Assembly: GCF_009834535.1 (NCBI RefSeq)
Contig: NC_045707.1
Coordinates: 61,816,001 to 61,880,000, forward strand
Reading direction: 5' to 3'
DNA length: 64,000 nt
Origin: Camelus ferus
Taxonomy: Eukaryota
Both the position numbers and the translations under genes were made by a program. The notes under the pieces are model-generated. The model was given only the letters and a program-made list of their open reading frames with translations. It searched no databases and was not told the origin of the DNA. Shown here piece by piece: positions 38,205-51,403 of the stretch (within the stretch, counting starts at the first letter, position 1; each line of letters starts with the position of its first letter).

Positions 38205-39060
38205 TTAACGGCTGACGCCAGGACGGCCAACTATCAATCATGGTATAATCTTTTCTACGTAGAGTAGAGCTTTTACTGGGAAAAGTGGGCTACATGAGCA
38301 TCTGAAAATGCTTCAGAGTCACAGAGGTGAAATGGGTGTCTTATTATTCATTCATAACAAGGTCCTTTCCACTACAGCTAGGTTTGTGTTAATGAGGTGA
38401 GTTTTGGAAAGCACCTGAGGATGGGGGCTGGTTGCCAGGGGAACTAGCCAAGAATAGAGAGATGAAACTTTCAGTCCCCAACCCTTGATTTCTAGGGAGG
38501 GAAGAAGGGTTGGAGGTTGAATCAATCACCAAAGGCCAATGAGTTAATCAATCATGCCTATGTAATAATGCCTCCATGAAAACTCCCCAAAAAGTGGGTT
38601 TAGAGAGTTTCCAGTCTGGGGAACCAGAACACTGCGACATGTAACTGTACCAGGGGCCTCAAACGCCATGAGGACAAAGAAGCTCCTTTATTCAAAACCT
38701 CACCCTGCATATCTTTATCTGGTTGTTGATTTGTATCCTTTAATACCCATGGTAATACATCGATAATGTAATGAGTAAATAGGTTTCCTGAGTTCTGTGA
38801 GCCATTCTACCAAATTAGCCTATCGCTAGGATGGGGTTGTGGGAACCTCGGTTGGTCAGAAGTACATGTAACAACTTGGACTTGCAACTGGTATCTAAAG
38901 CAGAGGACAGTCTTGTAAGGCTGCACCCTTAACCTGTGGGATCTGATGCTTTCTCCAGGTAGATAGTGTCAGACTTGAGTTGTAAGATACCCAGCTGGTG
39001 TCCAAGATTGCTTGTTGATGTGGGAAAACCTCTCCCCAGTACATTGAAATTCGTCCCAGA
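38205..39060 (+). mobile_element. MER21-like ERV LTR
   Basis: gggggctggttgccagggga, ggccaatgagttaatcaatcatgcctatgtaat, ttcctgagttctgtgagccattctac and cttaacctgtgggatctgatgctttctccaggtagatagtgtcaga are MER21 hallmarks. Confidence 0.85.
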
Positions 39061-39069
39061 ATCCTTTTA

Positions 39070-39132
39070 ACACCTTAGACTTATACAATGTTTCATGTTG
39101 ATTGTATCTGAATAAAACTGGAAAAAATAAAA
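39070..39132 (+). mobile_element. Extremely 5'-truncated L1 3' terminus
   Basis: acaccttagacttatacaatgtttcatgttgattgtatctgaataaaactggaaaaaataaaa. Confidence 0.65.
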
Positions 39133-42100
39133 GTGTATAGTCTACCTTATTTGACAATCATCACCAGATTTTCTTGGGCAGATTTATGTGTGTCTTCTAT
39201 GTACTTCTCATAGCATCATTTTGTTGAATGTGCCCCTTCTTTCTCCCATATAGATTTTGAGCTTCTTAAGTGCTAGTACTGTGTTTACTGGTATCTTCCC
39301 AGTGCCTGGGTTGCTTGACAAGTATTTTCATAGAAATGTGTAAATGTGTTGTCCCTAAAACAGATAGTTGGTTTAGAATTCCATTTCATTTTCTCGTAGA
39401 GACAATTAAATAACATGCGGAATTTTTTTCTTTTTAGCAAGCACTATTAATAATAGAGCAGCGTTGCTAGAAAATAAGTGCATTAGGTATTTTGATAGCA
39501 TTTTGATTAGGATCAAAAGTGTACATTTAGCCTAATTCAAATGAATATCGCTTAATTATTTTAAGAGTAAAAACCAAATACCCGAGGTTATTAGCCGTTT
39601 GAGATCCAGGCAAATCCTTTCAGAGACAAGGAGAGAAACACTATTTCACTAATTTATAAAAAGTGTCAGACTTCAGTGCAATTCTAAATGACATATAGCT
39701 GAAAAGAAGAAAGTGTGCGTCAGTTAATGCATTTTTCATACGAAGCTAAATAGCCAAATATTTCTGAATATTAGAATCTCTTAGAAATTATTAGAAACAA
39801 TACATATTTGCTAAAAATCAATTAGAAATATCTTCTAGTATTTGGCAACGTTGGCACTAAATCTAATCTATTCAGATTTGCTCTGCCCCAAGCCCTGAGA
39901 CTCCATTGTACTGCTAGACATTTGTTGTTAAAATTGTTTCAACTATTCAGTGTCTACTCTCCCTTCTAGTAACAAACTCCCCAAAGACAGTTTCTTTTTT
40001 CTTCTTGTTTGCATTTTTGGAGAGAGTATCATTGATATTCATTGTCTGTCCCTAGATAAGATGTAGGCAGGCAAAGCCTATTAGATTCTATCAAGACTTT
40101 AAATCATAAGCTAAGTGACCCAGATACGGGGGAGGGGAGTCGAGCTGATTGACCAAGGCAGCAACAGAGGACTCAATTTGTTCTTGCCCCCTCGACTTCT
40201 TGCCTTGTCCTTGCCAAGGTCTTCAGTTCTTCCTTCAATGAATTCCACCTTCTCTCATATTAGTCAGGGTAGAGTTCTGTAAATTACAGCTAAAGTACCA
40301 TGAAAAGACTTCTTTGAATGATTTGATTCCAGCATTATTTGAATACCTTTGGATCATTTTATTAGTCCATTCTGAATAACATGACTCACATTTGTCAAAC
40401 TCTTTCCAAATACAAAACAACCAAACAAACATGGTAGCTGACCCCAGATCTCCAGTGCATGGGTTTCAGAAAGGACCTACCTACCAACCATGGTAAATAA
40501 AGTCATGATAAGAATGCTTAGTGTTTCTGGAAGTTTATTTTTTTTTAAGATTTTTTCACATTATTACCTTATTTAATCCTCATAAGAACTCTGCGAAGTA
40601 GACAGAAAAGAAAATACTGCTCCATTCTTCAAGGGAGGCAATTAAGTTTGAAAAAGAAAAAGAGACATCAGAGAACTATTGAGTTAAAGGAAAATGTCAC
40701 TTAAATAAAATCAAGTTGCATATCAAGTCTAAAAGTATATTGTAAAACCACATCTAGGGAAGTCCTTTATTTTAATGTAATTATTTTATGTATAAGAAGC
40801 CATCCTGCTTTAAAAAAAAAAGACAAAGCCTGGTGTTTCAGTTCAGTGTTTGATTCCTCAAGCTTCCTTTCCTCAACCAGTGCTATTCCTACTAGTCTAG
40901 CTAACAGTCTTTACTTTACAAAACCTGATAATAACTTTCTATTTAAATAATGTATAGTGACTTACGGTATTATTCTGACTCAAGGTTGAAGTTGATGAGG
41001 GTCTTTTAACTCTCAGTGAGGTCATGAAGTTCTGCACTAAAGAGACTGAATATGGGAAAGGGGGTTCTTTATTTTCTGAAGCCCCCAATAGCTACTCAAC
41101 CAGCAAACGTTACAGAACACAAGCCAGGAGTTGACAAATAATCATTCAGGATCTATCTACTTTTAGAACTGTTTTGTAAATTACCACACACACAGATATG
41201 TATGTATGTGTATGCATACATACTTATATCTTAGAAATAGATTCAGTCACTATTACTAAAAAAATCTGGGAAATGACATTTTATAACTATTATAGGTTAA
41301 AACATTCCCTTTTTATGGCTTACAGCAAGTTTGCTCCATTTCTTTCTGTTCTTTTCTTGCTGGAAAAAAACAACTAGCTATCACCATTTCTAAAATAGAC
41401 TTCATGTTTCTGAAGACCATTCTTAAATTATTCCTCAATTTCCTTTCCCCCAGGCTAAATTATCCTTTTTTATTTTTACTTTTTTTTTCTTATAGGCCTT
41501 GCATTTCAAGCTTTAATCATCTCCATTGCTCAGCCCCTGACAAAATCACTGCACATATTAAACTGCCATTGATTTATTCATTGGGGTGCCCAGTGGGGGC
41601 ACAGAACATTCTACAAAGTGTCTTTCATTCATATTCTTGTGATTTCAGCCAAGAACAGAAATTCTGATACAAATTTAAACAGCATTCCATATACTGTGTT
41701 AGAAGTTAAAATATGAGGCCTGTGAAGGGTTGACTTTGTCAGATAAAACCTGCCCGCACCAAGGATTTTTAAGTTAATGTAGGACTAGATACTTACATAA
41801 GTTCATTTCATTATTCAGGAAAGTATTACTTTCTTGTCAGATTATCCATGCCCATTGTATCTGTGATTTTTCGGTTTACATCACAACATTTTAGACATTT
41901 CCCTTATAAGCACAAGAATAAGAGAAGGAAAAAAATCTAAAATTCAAATTGGATCTATATTTACTAATTTGTTTTCACTACCAAGCTTAAAAGTAAGTTA
42001 AAAAACAAGCTTGTTTTGTTTTGACTGACAACTATTTTTTTAACAGACTCAAGCATTTTGACTTAAGCATTAACACACTTTAGTTTTCCTTTATTTGTTT

Positions 42101-42344
42101 GAAGTAAGAAATTCAAGGGTTCATATTTCAGCATTCAAGATCATCTTTCCTTCCTCCAATCTGTTTTGTTTTTCCATTTTCAGTCTGAGATAATCAACTA
42201 ATGCTACTGGGAGACCAGATGCTCGTAAAACCACCTTCCGTGTATTTCTTAGGAATGGCTATTCAACACTTTATCCACTGTAACTATTTCTGTGGGGTCG
42301 GTCATAGAGCTGTAGTCACTCACCCCCTGGAGCCTGGTAAAGTG

Positions 42345-42530
42345 AGTCTGCTGCCTACGAGTTCTGTGACTTACCTAATTCACATGACCACTTTGATCCT
42401 CTGTTTCCCCTTGATTTATATTTAGCTTCCGTATTAGGCTAGTGTGCAGATTAAAGGTAAAATATTGTATATATGACTCCATGCCCATTGCCTAGCATAC
42501 AGTAAGTACTACCAAAGTGAATGCTATTAT
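42345..42530 (+). mobile_element. MIR SINE
   Basis: ttctgtgacttacctaattcacatgaccactttgatcctctgtttcccc...tgcctagcatacagtaagtac. Confidence 0.6.
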
Positions 42531-42651
42531 AATACATACTATCTTAATGCCATTAATCATAAAACGGAGATACCCAAGCATTGTTGCATAAGTCTAGTTG
42601 CTATCAATGATAATCCTCAAAAACTCAGTGGATTAAATAACAGTTTATTTT

Positions 42652-42769
42652 TGTTTTGGGGGGCAGTAATTAGGTTTATTTATTTATTTTTAATGGAAGT
42701 ACTAGGTATTGAACCCAGGACCTCATGCATGCTAAGCACACACTCTACCACTAAGCTATACCTTGCCCC
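42652..42769 (-). mobile_element. tRNA-Ala-derived SINE (Vic-1-like)
   Basis: gtaattaggtttatttatttatt...attgaacccaggacctcatgcatgctaagcacacactctaccactaagctatacc. 16-bp TSD aataacagtttatttt (42636-42651) / aataatagtttatttt (42771-42786). Confidence 0.93.
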
Positions 42770-43549
42770 TAATAATAGTTTATTTTATCACACTTAGTAA
42801 AACCATAGTGGAAAATATAGAAATACCAGAGTACATGGTTACCTCCTAGGGAAGAAGATAACAAAAATCTTACTTGACTATTAGATGTGAAATTTACTGT
42901 CGTATATTTAAAAGGAACTGCTTTAGAGAAACAAGCATAAAAGTAAAATAGAATTTAAAATATTCAAATGTCAAAATCACATACTAAACTTTATGTACCC
43001 TGCAGCTAACTTACCATTCTTATTACTAATTAGGTTCTTAATACCTTCAAAATTTTAAGCTGCATTTTTAGATTTTAAGGAAGCACACTGAGAACTACTG
43101 GGAAACATACCATAGTTTGTTTCAGGTATTAGAAAAGGGCCCCATGCTTTCTCTAACTGTCTTCTTCTCCCTTGTAACAGTATTAACTTAAAAATCATTT
43201 CTAAATTGCTCTTATTTACAAAAAATGCACACAAAGAATGTCTTTGCAAAGCCAGTGTTTTTGTTTTTTGAAGAAATAAGGTATTTTTATTTTTAAAAAA
43301 TATGGCATGTGAAATGTACAAAAACCAAAAGTATACGTTAGTAATTGAGAAATCTATTCATACACTAGTATGAACTAGTAAGTTAAAAAAAATTTAATGA
43401 CCAAATGATGAATATTTGGGTTTAGATTTCATGGAACTGATAAAATATAAGATTTTATAACATTTACAAATAATATTCTATCACTTCTAAGAAAATATCT
43501 GTACTTTAGATTTGACTTTGAACTCTTACTGTCGTGGAGAACTTGCTAG

Positions 43550-43770
43550 ATTAAATACCAGGAGGCCTGGGTTCTAACTCAGATTTTCCTGGACAACTTC
43601 TGGGACCTCAGACAGACATTCTAAGCTTCAGCTGTCTTACCAAGAAAGCTATGGTATTTAAATGGTGAAAATGATATAGTGTAGTGTTTGAGTGACTGTT
43701 AAATGAGAAAATATATATGGAGACACCAAGCATGAAGTTAGGTGCGTGGTAGACATTTGAAATGCCCGTT
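43550..43770 (+). mobile_element. MIR SINE
   Basis: ccaggaggcctgggttctaac...ttaaatgagaaaatatatatgga...ggtgcgtggtagacat. Confidence 0.55.
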
Positions 43771-44434
43771 CCATCAATTGCCCATTCCCTAGTTTAATTC
43801 CCTTCTCTCTTTTTCCTCCTCTTCTTCATCTCCTCTTCTAACCTCTAGAAACTCACAGCTCTACCTAGTTTCTCTAGACCTCGAGAGACTGTAACTTTGA
43901 ACGTCTCTGGTTTCCCTTTAAGCTGAATCTGCAGGCCAGTACATGCAGTTACCTCCTTACATTCTGAACATTTTTGTATGCTGTCTTGTTTTGTGCTTAT
44001 ATAACTTCATAAAGTGACTTCAGTAGGGAGGAGTGGATGTCCAAGATGTACAAATTGTGTTCAGTAAATGATTTTTGATATAAGAACAGGTGCTAATGGA
44101 ACCATGATGTAGATGGAAGTAAAGCCAGACAAGGATCAGTCTGAGGGATCCCTAGATGTTTTAGAAATATGACTATTCCTTTTCAAAGGAGAATAATTAC
44201 AATTTTGTTGACTCTTTGAATGATTTTAAAAGTTAAAATGCAAATAATTCCAAATACTGCTTTTTATAAAATATAGGTATTTAAAATATAAAGTGTTTAC
44301 AATTTTGTGAAATGTTTTCATATTTTGCATCTGCAAACAATGTCTAATTAACAATTATGTTGGTTGAACCTAAAATTTTTATTAATGCAATATAGTTTTA
44401 AATCCCCAAATTAAAAGTAAATGTTTTTACTGAT

Positions 44435-44510
44435 ACAGAGAATAAATTTCTATTGTTTTCAGCCACTTATTTTGGGGTACTTTGTTACAGCAGCTCTAGA
44501 ACACTGATAC
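44435..44510 (+). mobile_element. MLT1 LTR 3' terminal fragment
   Basis: aataaatttctattgttttcagccacttattttggggtactttgttacagcagctctagaacactgataca. Confidence 0.75.
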
Positions 44511-45759
44511 AGGCTATTTTAGCTTCTACTTTTGAGTGTACATATATCACAGGAAAACACTTCCACGTATGTCCATAAAGGGACATCTAAGAGCCCATTC
44601 ACTGAGGTGCTGTTTGTGGAGATGGGGGATGGTAAGCAGTTTCTAAGTCTATCACTGGGTAATTTTGAAGTTTCATGGCTTATCCAGCGTGCAATCCAAT
44701 ACTTACTGTATTGGATGGTGAAACTGAAATGCAGGAGCAGGACACGATTTGCCCAAAGCTACCTAGCAAATAATTGATAGAATCCAGACTCTTTTAAATC
44801 TAAATCCTCTTCAAATGATTCGTAAAGATGTGCTACAGGGTAGATATTTAAAGTCCCATTATTTTAATATCTTGTTCATCATTTTGCTTATGAATAATTG
44901 ATTCAAGCGTAAAAATAATAGCACTTTGAAAAATGCACAAATGCTTTATGTAGTTGATTTGAGTCCAATAGTAACTATTATTAAGCTTAGTTGATTGGAG
45001 GCTGAGAAAGGTACAGCTTTAAAATAAATACTTTAGAGTAAGGCACAGATTATGGCAAATGGAGTAGTTATGGCTTCTAAATAAGCTGTGATAGTCTTAC
45101 AGCATAATTATTTCCTATTAAGAGGTAGAAGTAGATTCAACTGTGAAAGGCTATCATCAGCTTGATTAAAATTTCTGATAGTGATTCTCATTTCTTCAGA
45201 CTTCTCCCTGAAGACAGAATAATGACAATGTTAACTACTATCATAACAATTGTCAGGCCTCCAGGTATACAGTGTTCCTGCTCTTGAAGAGATTACAGCT
45301 ATATTAGGGAGACAGAATACACAAGAATGTCTGATAAAAACATAAGTGATAGTGTACTACAAACACTTTGCAATAGCACAAACAAAATAATGGATTGATA
45401 TGCAGTCCAGGTTAGTTGCCAAAGTGTTCCGAAAAAGCACGGTACACAGGAGAAGACATGGACTGATTGCTCGATAGTTGGAGAACATTCTAAGTGTAAA
45501 GAAGACCACGTATTATGGAACAGTGTTGTGGTCTGGAAATCCATGAGTTGATGGGGGTGAAAGATCAGGCGTTTTAAATAAAGTTCACAGTGGAGACTTC
45601 TCTAAAACCATTGTGGAGGAGAAATTGACAATGTTTTAGGATAACAAATATAAAAAGTTTAGAAGGCTAGTCTGATTTCTCTAGATTTGTTCCTGGGAGG
45701 AACGGACAGTAATGGAGAATTTGGGGAATGATACTGGGAAAATTCTAAGTTTGGTGGAT

Positions 45760-45995
45760 ATGCTATATATTTGCCAGGCATTGTTCTATGAAATTTGCAT
45801 ACATTTGTTATTAAATCCCCACAATTATCCTAAGATGGATGCAACCTCATTGCCTCATTTTACAGATGAGGAAACTAAGGCACAGAAACTTTTAGGAATT
45901 CTCCACGGTCATTCAGATAATACATGTACAGCCCCAGTTTTGAGCTCAGACGGTTCAACTCTGAACCCACACTCTTAAACACAGTGTTAAACCAT
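45760..45995 (-). mobile_element. MIR SINE
   Basis: tgccaggcattgttcta...ttaaatccccacaat...ctcattttacagatgaggaaactaaggcacaga. Confidence 0.85.
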
Positions 45996-46399
45996 CTCCT
46001 TTCTGGTTACCTAATTCCTGTGCATGTCTGTGAGCTGTTATTTTCAAATTTCACATGCACAGTGATTCAACATTCATAAAATGGGTCATTTCAAATACTA
46101 CTTCCCTTTTTTCCCTTTGTCAAGAAAATAGCCTCTTTATATAATTTTTGTTAAACAATTGTTTTTCTAATTCCCACCTTTGCTTTTATCCCCTTATACA
46201 CCCCTTATACACAGTTCCTTAGAAATTAGAATGTTTATGTTAAATAGAATGAAATTCTAGTCTTGCAGATATTTTCTTATTGCAGCAAATGTAGTAACTC
46301 AATCTTAATTCACCTTAGAAGACATTAATATGTACTGCCCCTTGAAAGAAAGACAAAAAGAAAAAGGGAAAGAAAGAAGGAAGGAAGGAAAGAAGGAAA

Positions 46400-47370
46400 A
46401 GGACATTTGTTGAAAATAAAATTTTCAACAAACATTGATAAATTGGACTATATTAAAATTACCAAATTTGTTCTCAAAGGACATCCTGAAGATAGCCTCC
46501 TGACTGGGAAAAGATATTTATTATTTGGTAGTACCTCCTGAAATTGAATGTACCTTTACCCTATGATCCAGAAATCTTAATGCTAGGTATATACCCTACA
46601 GTGTTAATCATATATGTGCCTAAAATCACCTATAAGCAAAATAGAACATTTTTTATTCACATTTATTGAGATCATATGTTTTATTTCCTTCAAATTTAAC
46701 ATGTTATATTATATTAATTGATTTACTAATTTTAAATAAACATGAATCCATGCAACAAACTCAACAAGATAGATTATATTGTCTTTTTTATTCATTGTTG
46801 AGTTTGGTTTGTTAATATTTAGGTTTGCATTTTTGCATCTATGTTCATGGGTATGTAAATTTACTTTCATGTGCTATCCTTATTTGTCTTAGATATCAGG
46901 GTTATGTTAATCTTGAAAATACTGTTGGTATACATATGTTCTTTTCTTATTTTCTAGAACAGCTGGTGTAAGATTAGAATCATATGCCCCTAGAAGTTAA
47001 AATTTATTACCGATGCCATGTAGACTAAGAATTTTCTTCAAAGAAAATATTTAACTATTGATTTAATTCAATTATAGGATTATTTAGAATTTATAGTTCT
47101 TCCTTTGTCAATATGCAACTTGTGTTCTTCTGAAGATTTGTCTATTTCATGTGAACGTTCAGATGTATTGGTACAAAGTTGTTCATTATATGTTAATGTA
47201 TTAAATATCATTGAAGTTTATTGTATTAGATTCCTCTTTCATGAACCAACTTTGAGCTTTGTTGATTCCATTTGGTCTGTTTTGTATTTCATTAATTTTA
47301 CTTCATTTACTCTTTGGGCTTATTCATTTTCCTTTTCGTAATTTTTGAGTTCTTACATTTGTAGCCTTTC
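46400..47370. mobile_element. Ancient L1 fragments (plus about 46400-46630, minus about 46660-47370)
   Basis: Plus: aaattggactatattaaaatt and ccctatgatccagaaatc..ctaggtatatacccta. Minus: tttttgcatctatgttcatg, ggtgtaagattagaat and gaaccaactttgagctttgttgatt. Confidence 0.65.
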
Positions 47371-48029
47371 TGCCTTTTGATTTTCTAACTTAGGCAAATC
47401 TTGGATATTCTCCTCTAACTCCTAAATGAACCCTTAAATTCACTGTATTTGTCAACTGCCTTCAAGGCCTACGGTAATGTTGCCATGCTTAATTCTGGAT
47501 TTCTACATCAGTTAGATTTTGGCCAGATCATGGATTATTTCCTCAGTATCTTATTAACAGCTCAATGCTAATTAGGTTTTTACTATTTTTCAGTGGTCTC
47601 TAATCATTTTAATTATTTTCAGCTGGATTGATGGTCCCAGTGCTTAGCCCAAAATAGTCTTGAAGGCACAAAATTTTATTCTTTCCATAGGTGAAGCCAT
47701 CTCTTTATTTTGGATTTTTTTCTTAAGACATGTCCTATTCTTTTCTTTATGTGTGTTGCCCTTTTTCACGCTCTCTCCCGTTTTTATTTTATTCTCAACA
47801 TTGAAGCAAACATTGAATACAATATGCAATGACTACATGATATAAAAACTTGAAAGCTTCTTTTTCTGCATTTGCGCAGCCAGTGAGTCCATGTATCTGA
47901 AATATGAACTTTTATCTTCTAAAATATTATGTATCTTTTTTCATGGTATCAGAGAATGCTACGGCTGAAATAGGCAACCCCAGAGTCTCTTTGCCGTACA
48001 GTTAGAATATTTATCCCTCACTCAGATTT

Positions 48030-48280
48030 ATTTATTTCTTACTCAATTGGCAGCCAGATTCCATGTGGTAACTCAGAAATCCATGCCTCTTCCATCTAGT
48101 AGATTCTCAGATCTTCCCACTGGGTCCTCTGTATCTGGCTGTGAAATGACTGGGGATTAGCGGCTGTCATAGGACATCTGGTGGGCCATACCTGGAAGTG
48201 TGTTGCATTTCCATCAGCAATCCATTGTTCATAGTCACATAGCTTCATATAGATAGAAGGCTGGCTGGGAAATGTAGAAA
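48030..48280 (-). mobile_element. Old MaLR LTR fragment (MLT1J-like)
   Basis: ctcttccatctagtag...ccattgttcatagtcacatagc...aaggctggctgggaaatgtag. Confidence 0.6.
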
Positions 48281-49729
48281 CACTCGTTCTTTCTACAGCC
48301 AGATTAAACAGTTACCAACACAATAGTGAGTTAATTGAAGATGACAGAAACAAATAACAACTTGGAAAATTGGCTCTATCTGTGTGGCTAGGTTGTCTAT
48401 TAGCAAGATGACATGACACACAGCCAAATAATTCAGACACCCATTGAACTATAAAATTAATTACAGTTATTTGCATGGTATCATCTTCAAGAATATGGTC
48501 ATGGATTTGCTTAGCCCCTTATGTTGCTAGTTGTGGAATCTTACCAAAAGAAAAATAGTTTTTGATTTTTTTTAAACTGAGTACTAGAAAAACTGCCAAG
48601 ATATCTCTTTCTATTTCTATATAGATTGCAGCTATATAAATAATACAAGCTTAGCCTGATTTGATTTTCTAGTGATTCTCAAAGGATTAATTACTGTTTT
48701 GCTTCCTTTCAAACTAACTGACCATTAGCTTTTCATCTTTCTTTCTATTTTGTAGATTTCTTACATTAATAATAACAGCCACTCTCATAATAAGCAGTCA
48801 TTTCAGATTTCAAATTGATAAAATCTGTCCTTCATTTATTATTTAAATTCATTCACCTATATATATTCGCAGATTTGGGGGATAGTATACGCATTCATAG
48901 TACCTGATAGACTGTTTATTCATCATAGCAATAAAATCAGATTAAAAATTGTGACATTTGACTCCACTAAGGTTTCTAGGCTTCTGCAAAAAAGACTTAA
49001 TGTGGTTTCCAGTCTTTCCTGCTATTGACCTTAACTCTATTCCTATATATTGTATGCTGACCATTTTAAATGAATAGCAAAGAATTATAATTCTTGTTTG
49101 GAATACATATTTATCTGTGGTGTCCTTAATTTGGTTTTACTAAATTAGAGTAGGGGCTATGTCCTTTTTTTAACCTGTTTTAAAACAATCTTACACCACC
49201 TTTTAGCATTCTTATATACTCCTTTATTAGACTTATTTTTATGACCATTTCCCTGCTGGAATATGAACTTTTTAAATTCACTTCTAATTTTGACATATTT
49301 GTCTATTACAGGGTACTAGAGCTATTAAAGTAGGCATTTTCAAAGTACAGTTAATTGTTTTCTACCTTCTCTTGTGATATTACCTGTCTTTCCAGAACTT
49401 TATTCTTCAAGATTCAACATTCTATCTACATCACCCTGACATCTTCGCCCCACCTCCCCTTTTGAATAGACTATACATTCTCTTCTATCCCAGAAAGATT
49501 TTTTATATTTTTGTCTTTGTACTTACTTTGTCCTGTCCTGTATTATAATTAGGGGTCACGTGAGTGTGCACTGTTACTTCCCTCTCTCGCCTCTTAAACA
49601 GTCCGTTTTACTAAAGGCAGGCAGAAAATATTAGAGTTAAAATCTTTAGTGGAACCACAGTGAAGCCTGGGAAAAAATGATGTCTGTTATTCCCAATGTA
49701 TCTCTTTCTGTCTTTCATAGTACCTACCA

Positions 49730-51055
49730 TTCAGAATGGCTTAAAGACTTAAACACAAGACGAGACACCATAAATCTCCTAGAAGAGAACATAGGCAAAA
49801 CATTCTCTGACATAAATCTTAGCAATGTTCTCCTAGGGCAGTCTACCCAGGCAATAGAAATAAAAGCAAAAATAGACAAATGGACCTAATTAAATTTATA
49901 CGCTTTTGCACAGCAAAGGGAACTATAAACAAAATGAGAAGACAACCTATGGAATGAGAGAACATATTTGCAAAATGATGCCACTGACAAAGGCTTAATT
50001 TCCAGAATATACAAACAGCTTACACAACTCAATAAGAAAAACCAAACAATCCGATCCAAAAATAAGCAGAACACCTAAACAAGCATTTCTTCAATGCAGG
50101 TATGTCCAAGAGGCACATGAAAAAATGCTCAGTATCACGAATTATCAGAGAACTGCAAATCAAAACTATAGTGAAGTATCATCTCACACCAGTCAGAATG
50201 GCCATCATTCAAAAGTCCACAAATGACAAATGCTGGAGAGGCTGTGAATAAAAAGGAATCCTCCTACACTGTTGGTGGGAATACAGTTTGGTGCAGCCAT
50301 TGTGGAAAACAGTATGGAGATTCCTCAAAAGACTAGGGATAGACTTACCATATGACCCAGCAGTCCCACTCCTGGGCATATATCCAGAAGGAACCCTACT
50401 TCAGGATGACACCTGCACCCCAATGTTCATAGCAGCACTATTTACAATAGCAGCACTATTACAATGGAAATACCTTAAATGTCCGTTGACAGATGACTGG
50501 ATAAAGATGTGGTATATTTATACAATGGAATACTATTCAGCCATAAAAATGACAACATAATGCCATTTGCAGCAACATGGATATCCCCAGAGAATGTCAT
50601 TCTAAGTGAAGTAAGCCAGAAAGAGAAAGAAAAATACCATATGATATCACTTATATGTGAAATCTAAAAAAGATTCCTAAAATCTAAAAAATAAGAAGAC
50701 AAATGAACTTAAATATAAAACAGAAACAGACTCACAGACATAGAATACCAACTTATGGTTGCCAGGGGGGAAGAGGGTGGAAAGGAACGGACTGGGAGTT
50801 CGAGATTTGTAGATACCCACAGGTAGATATAGAATAGATAAACAAGATTATACTCTGTAGCACAGGGAAATATAGCCAAGATCTTGTGGTAGCTCACGGC
50901 AAAAAAGAATATGAATATGAACATATGTATGTTTATGTATGACTGAAAAATTGTGCTGTACACCAGAAATTGACACAACATTGTAAACTGACTATAACTC
51001 AATAAAAAACAAACAAAAAAACCAAACAAACAAAAAAACAAAAACAAAAACAAAA
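49730..51055 (+). mobile_element. Relatively young 5'-truncated L1: ORF2 C-terminus, 3'UTR and A-rich tail
   Basis: ORF 50288-50560 ([32 protein letters not shown]...CTPMFIAALFTIA...WYIYTMEYYSAIK) is L1 ORF2. ORF2 ends near 50667, AATAAA is at 51001, and a (CAAA/CAAAA)n tail runs to 51055. ORF2 is disrupted. Confidence 0.95.
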
Positions 51056-51059
51056 CGCT

Positions 51060-51403
51060 GAAAGAAGCCAGTCACAAGAGACCGCATATTGCATGACTCC
51101 ATTTCTAGGAAATGTCCGGAAGAGAGAAGTTTATACAGAGAGAAAATGGATGACCGGGGGCTGAAGGAGGACGTTGCGGGGGCAGAAATGGGAGTGACTG
51201 CTAAAAGGAATTACGGGGGTACTTTTAGGAAAAGTTCTAAAATTGATTGCGGGGTTGATGGTTTTCCAACTCTGTAAATATGTTTAAAAAACTTATTGAA
51301 TGGTACACTTTAAAGGGACAAATTGTCTGCTATGTGAATTATATCTTAATAAAGCTATTTTTTTTTTAAGTTAAAAAAAACAACAAAAAACAAAACCAAA
51401 AAA
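51060..51403 (+). mobile_element. Older L1 (L1MB-like) 3'UTR fragment with second A-rich tail
   Basis: gaaagaagccagtcacaagagaccgcatattgcatgactccattt, atgggagtgactgctaa and tgtgaattatatcttaataaagct, then an A-rich tail at 51373-51403. Confidence 0.8.
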
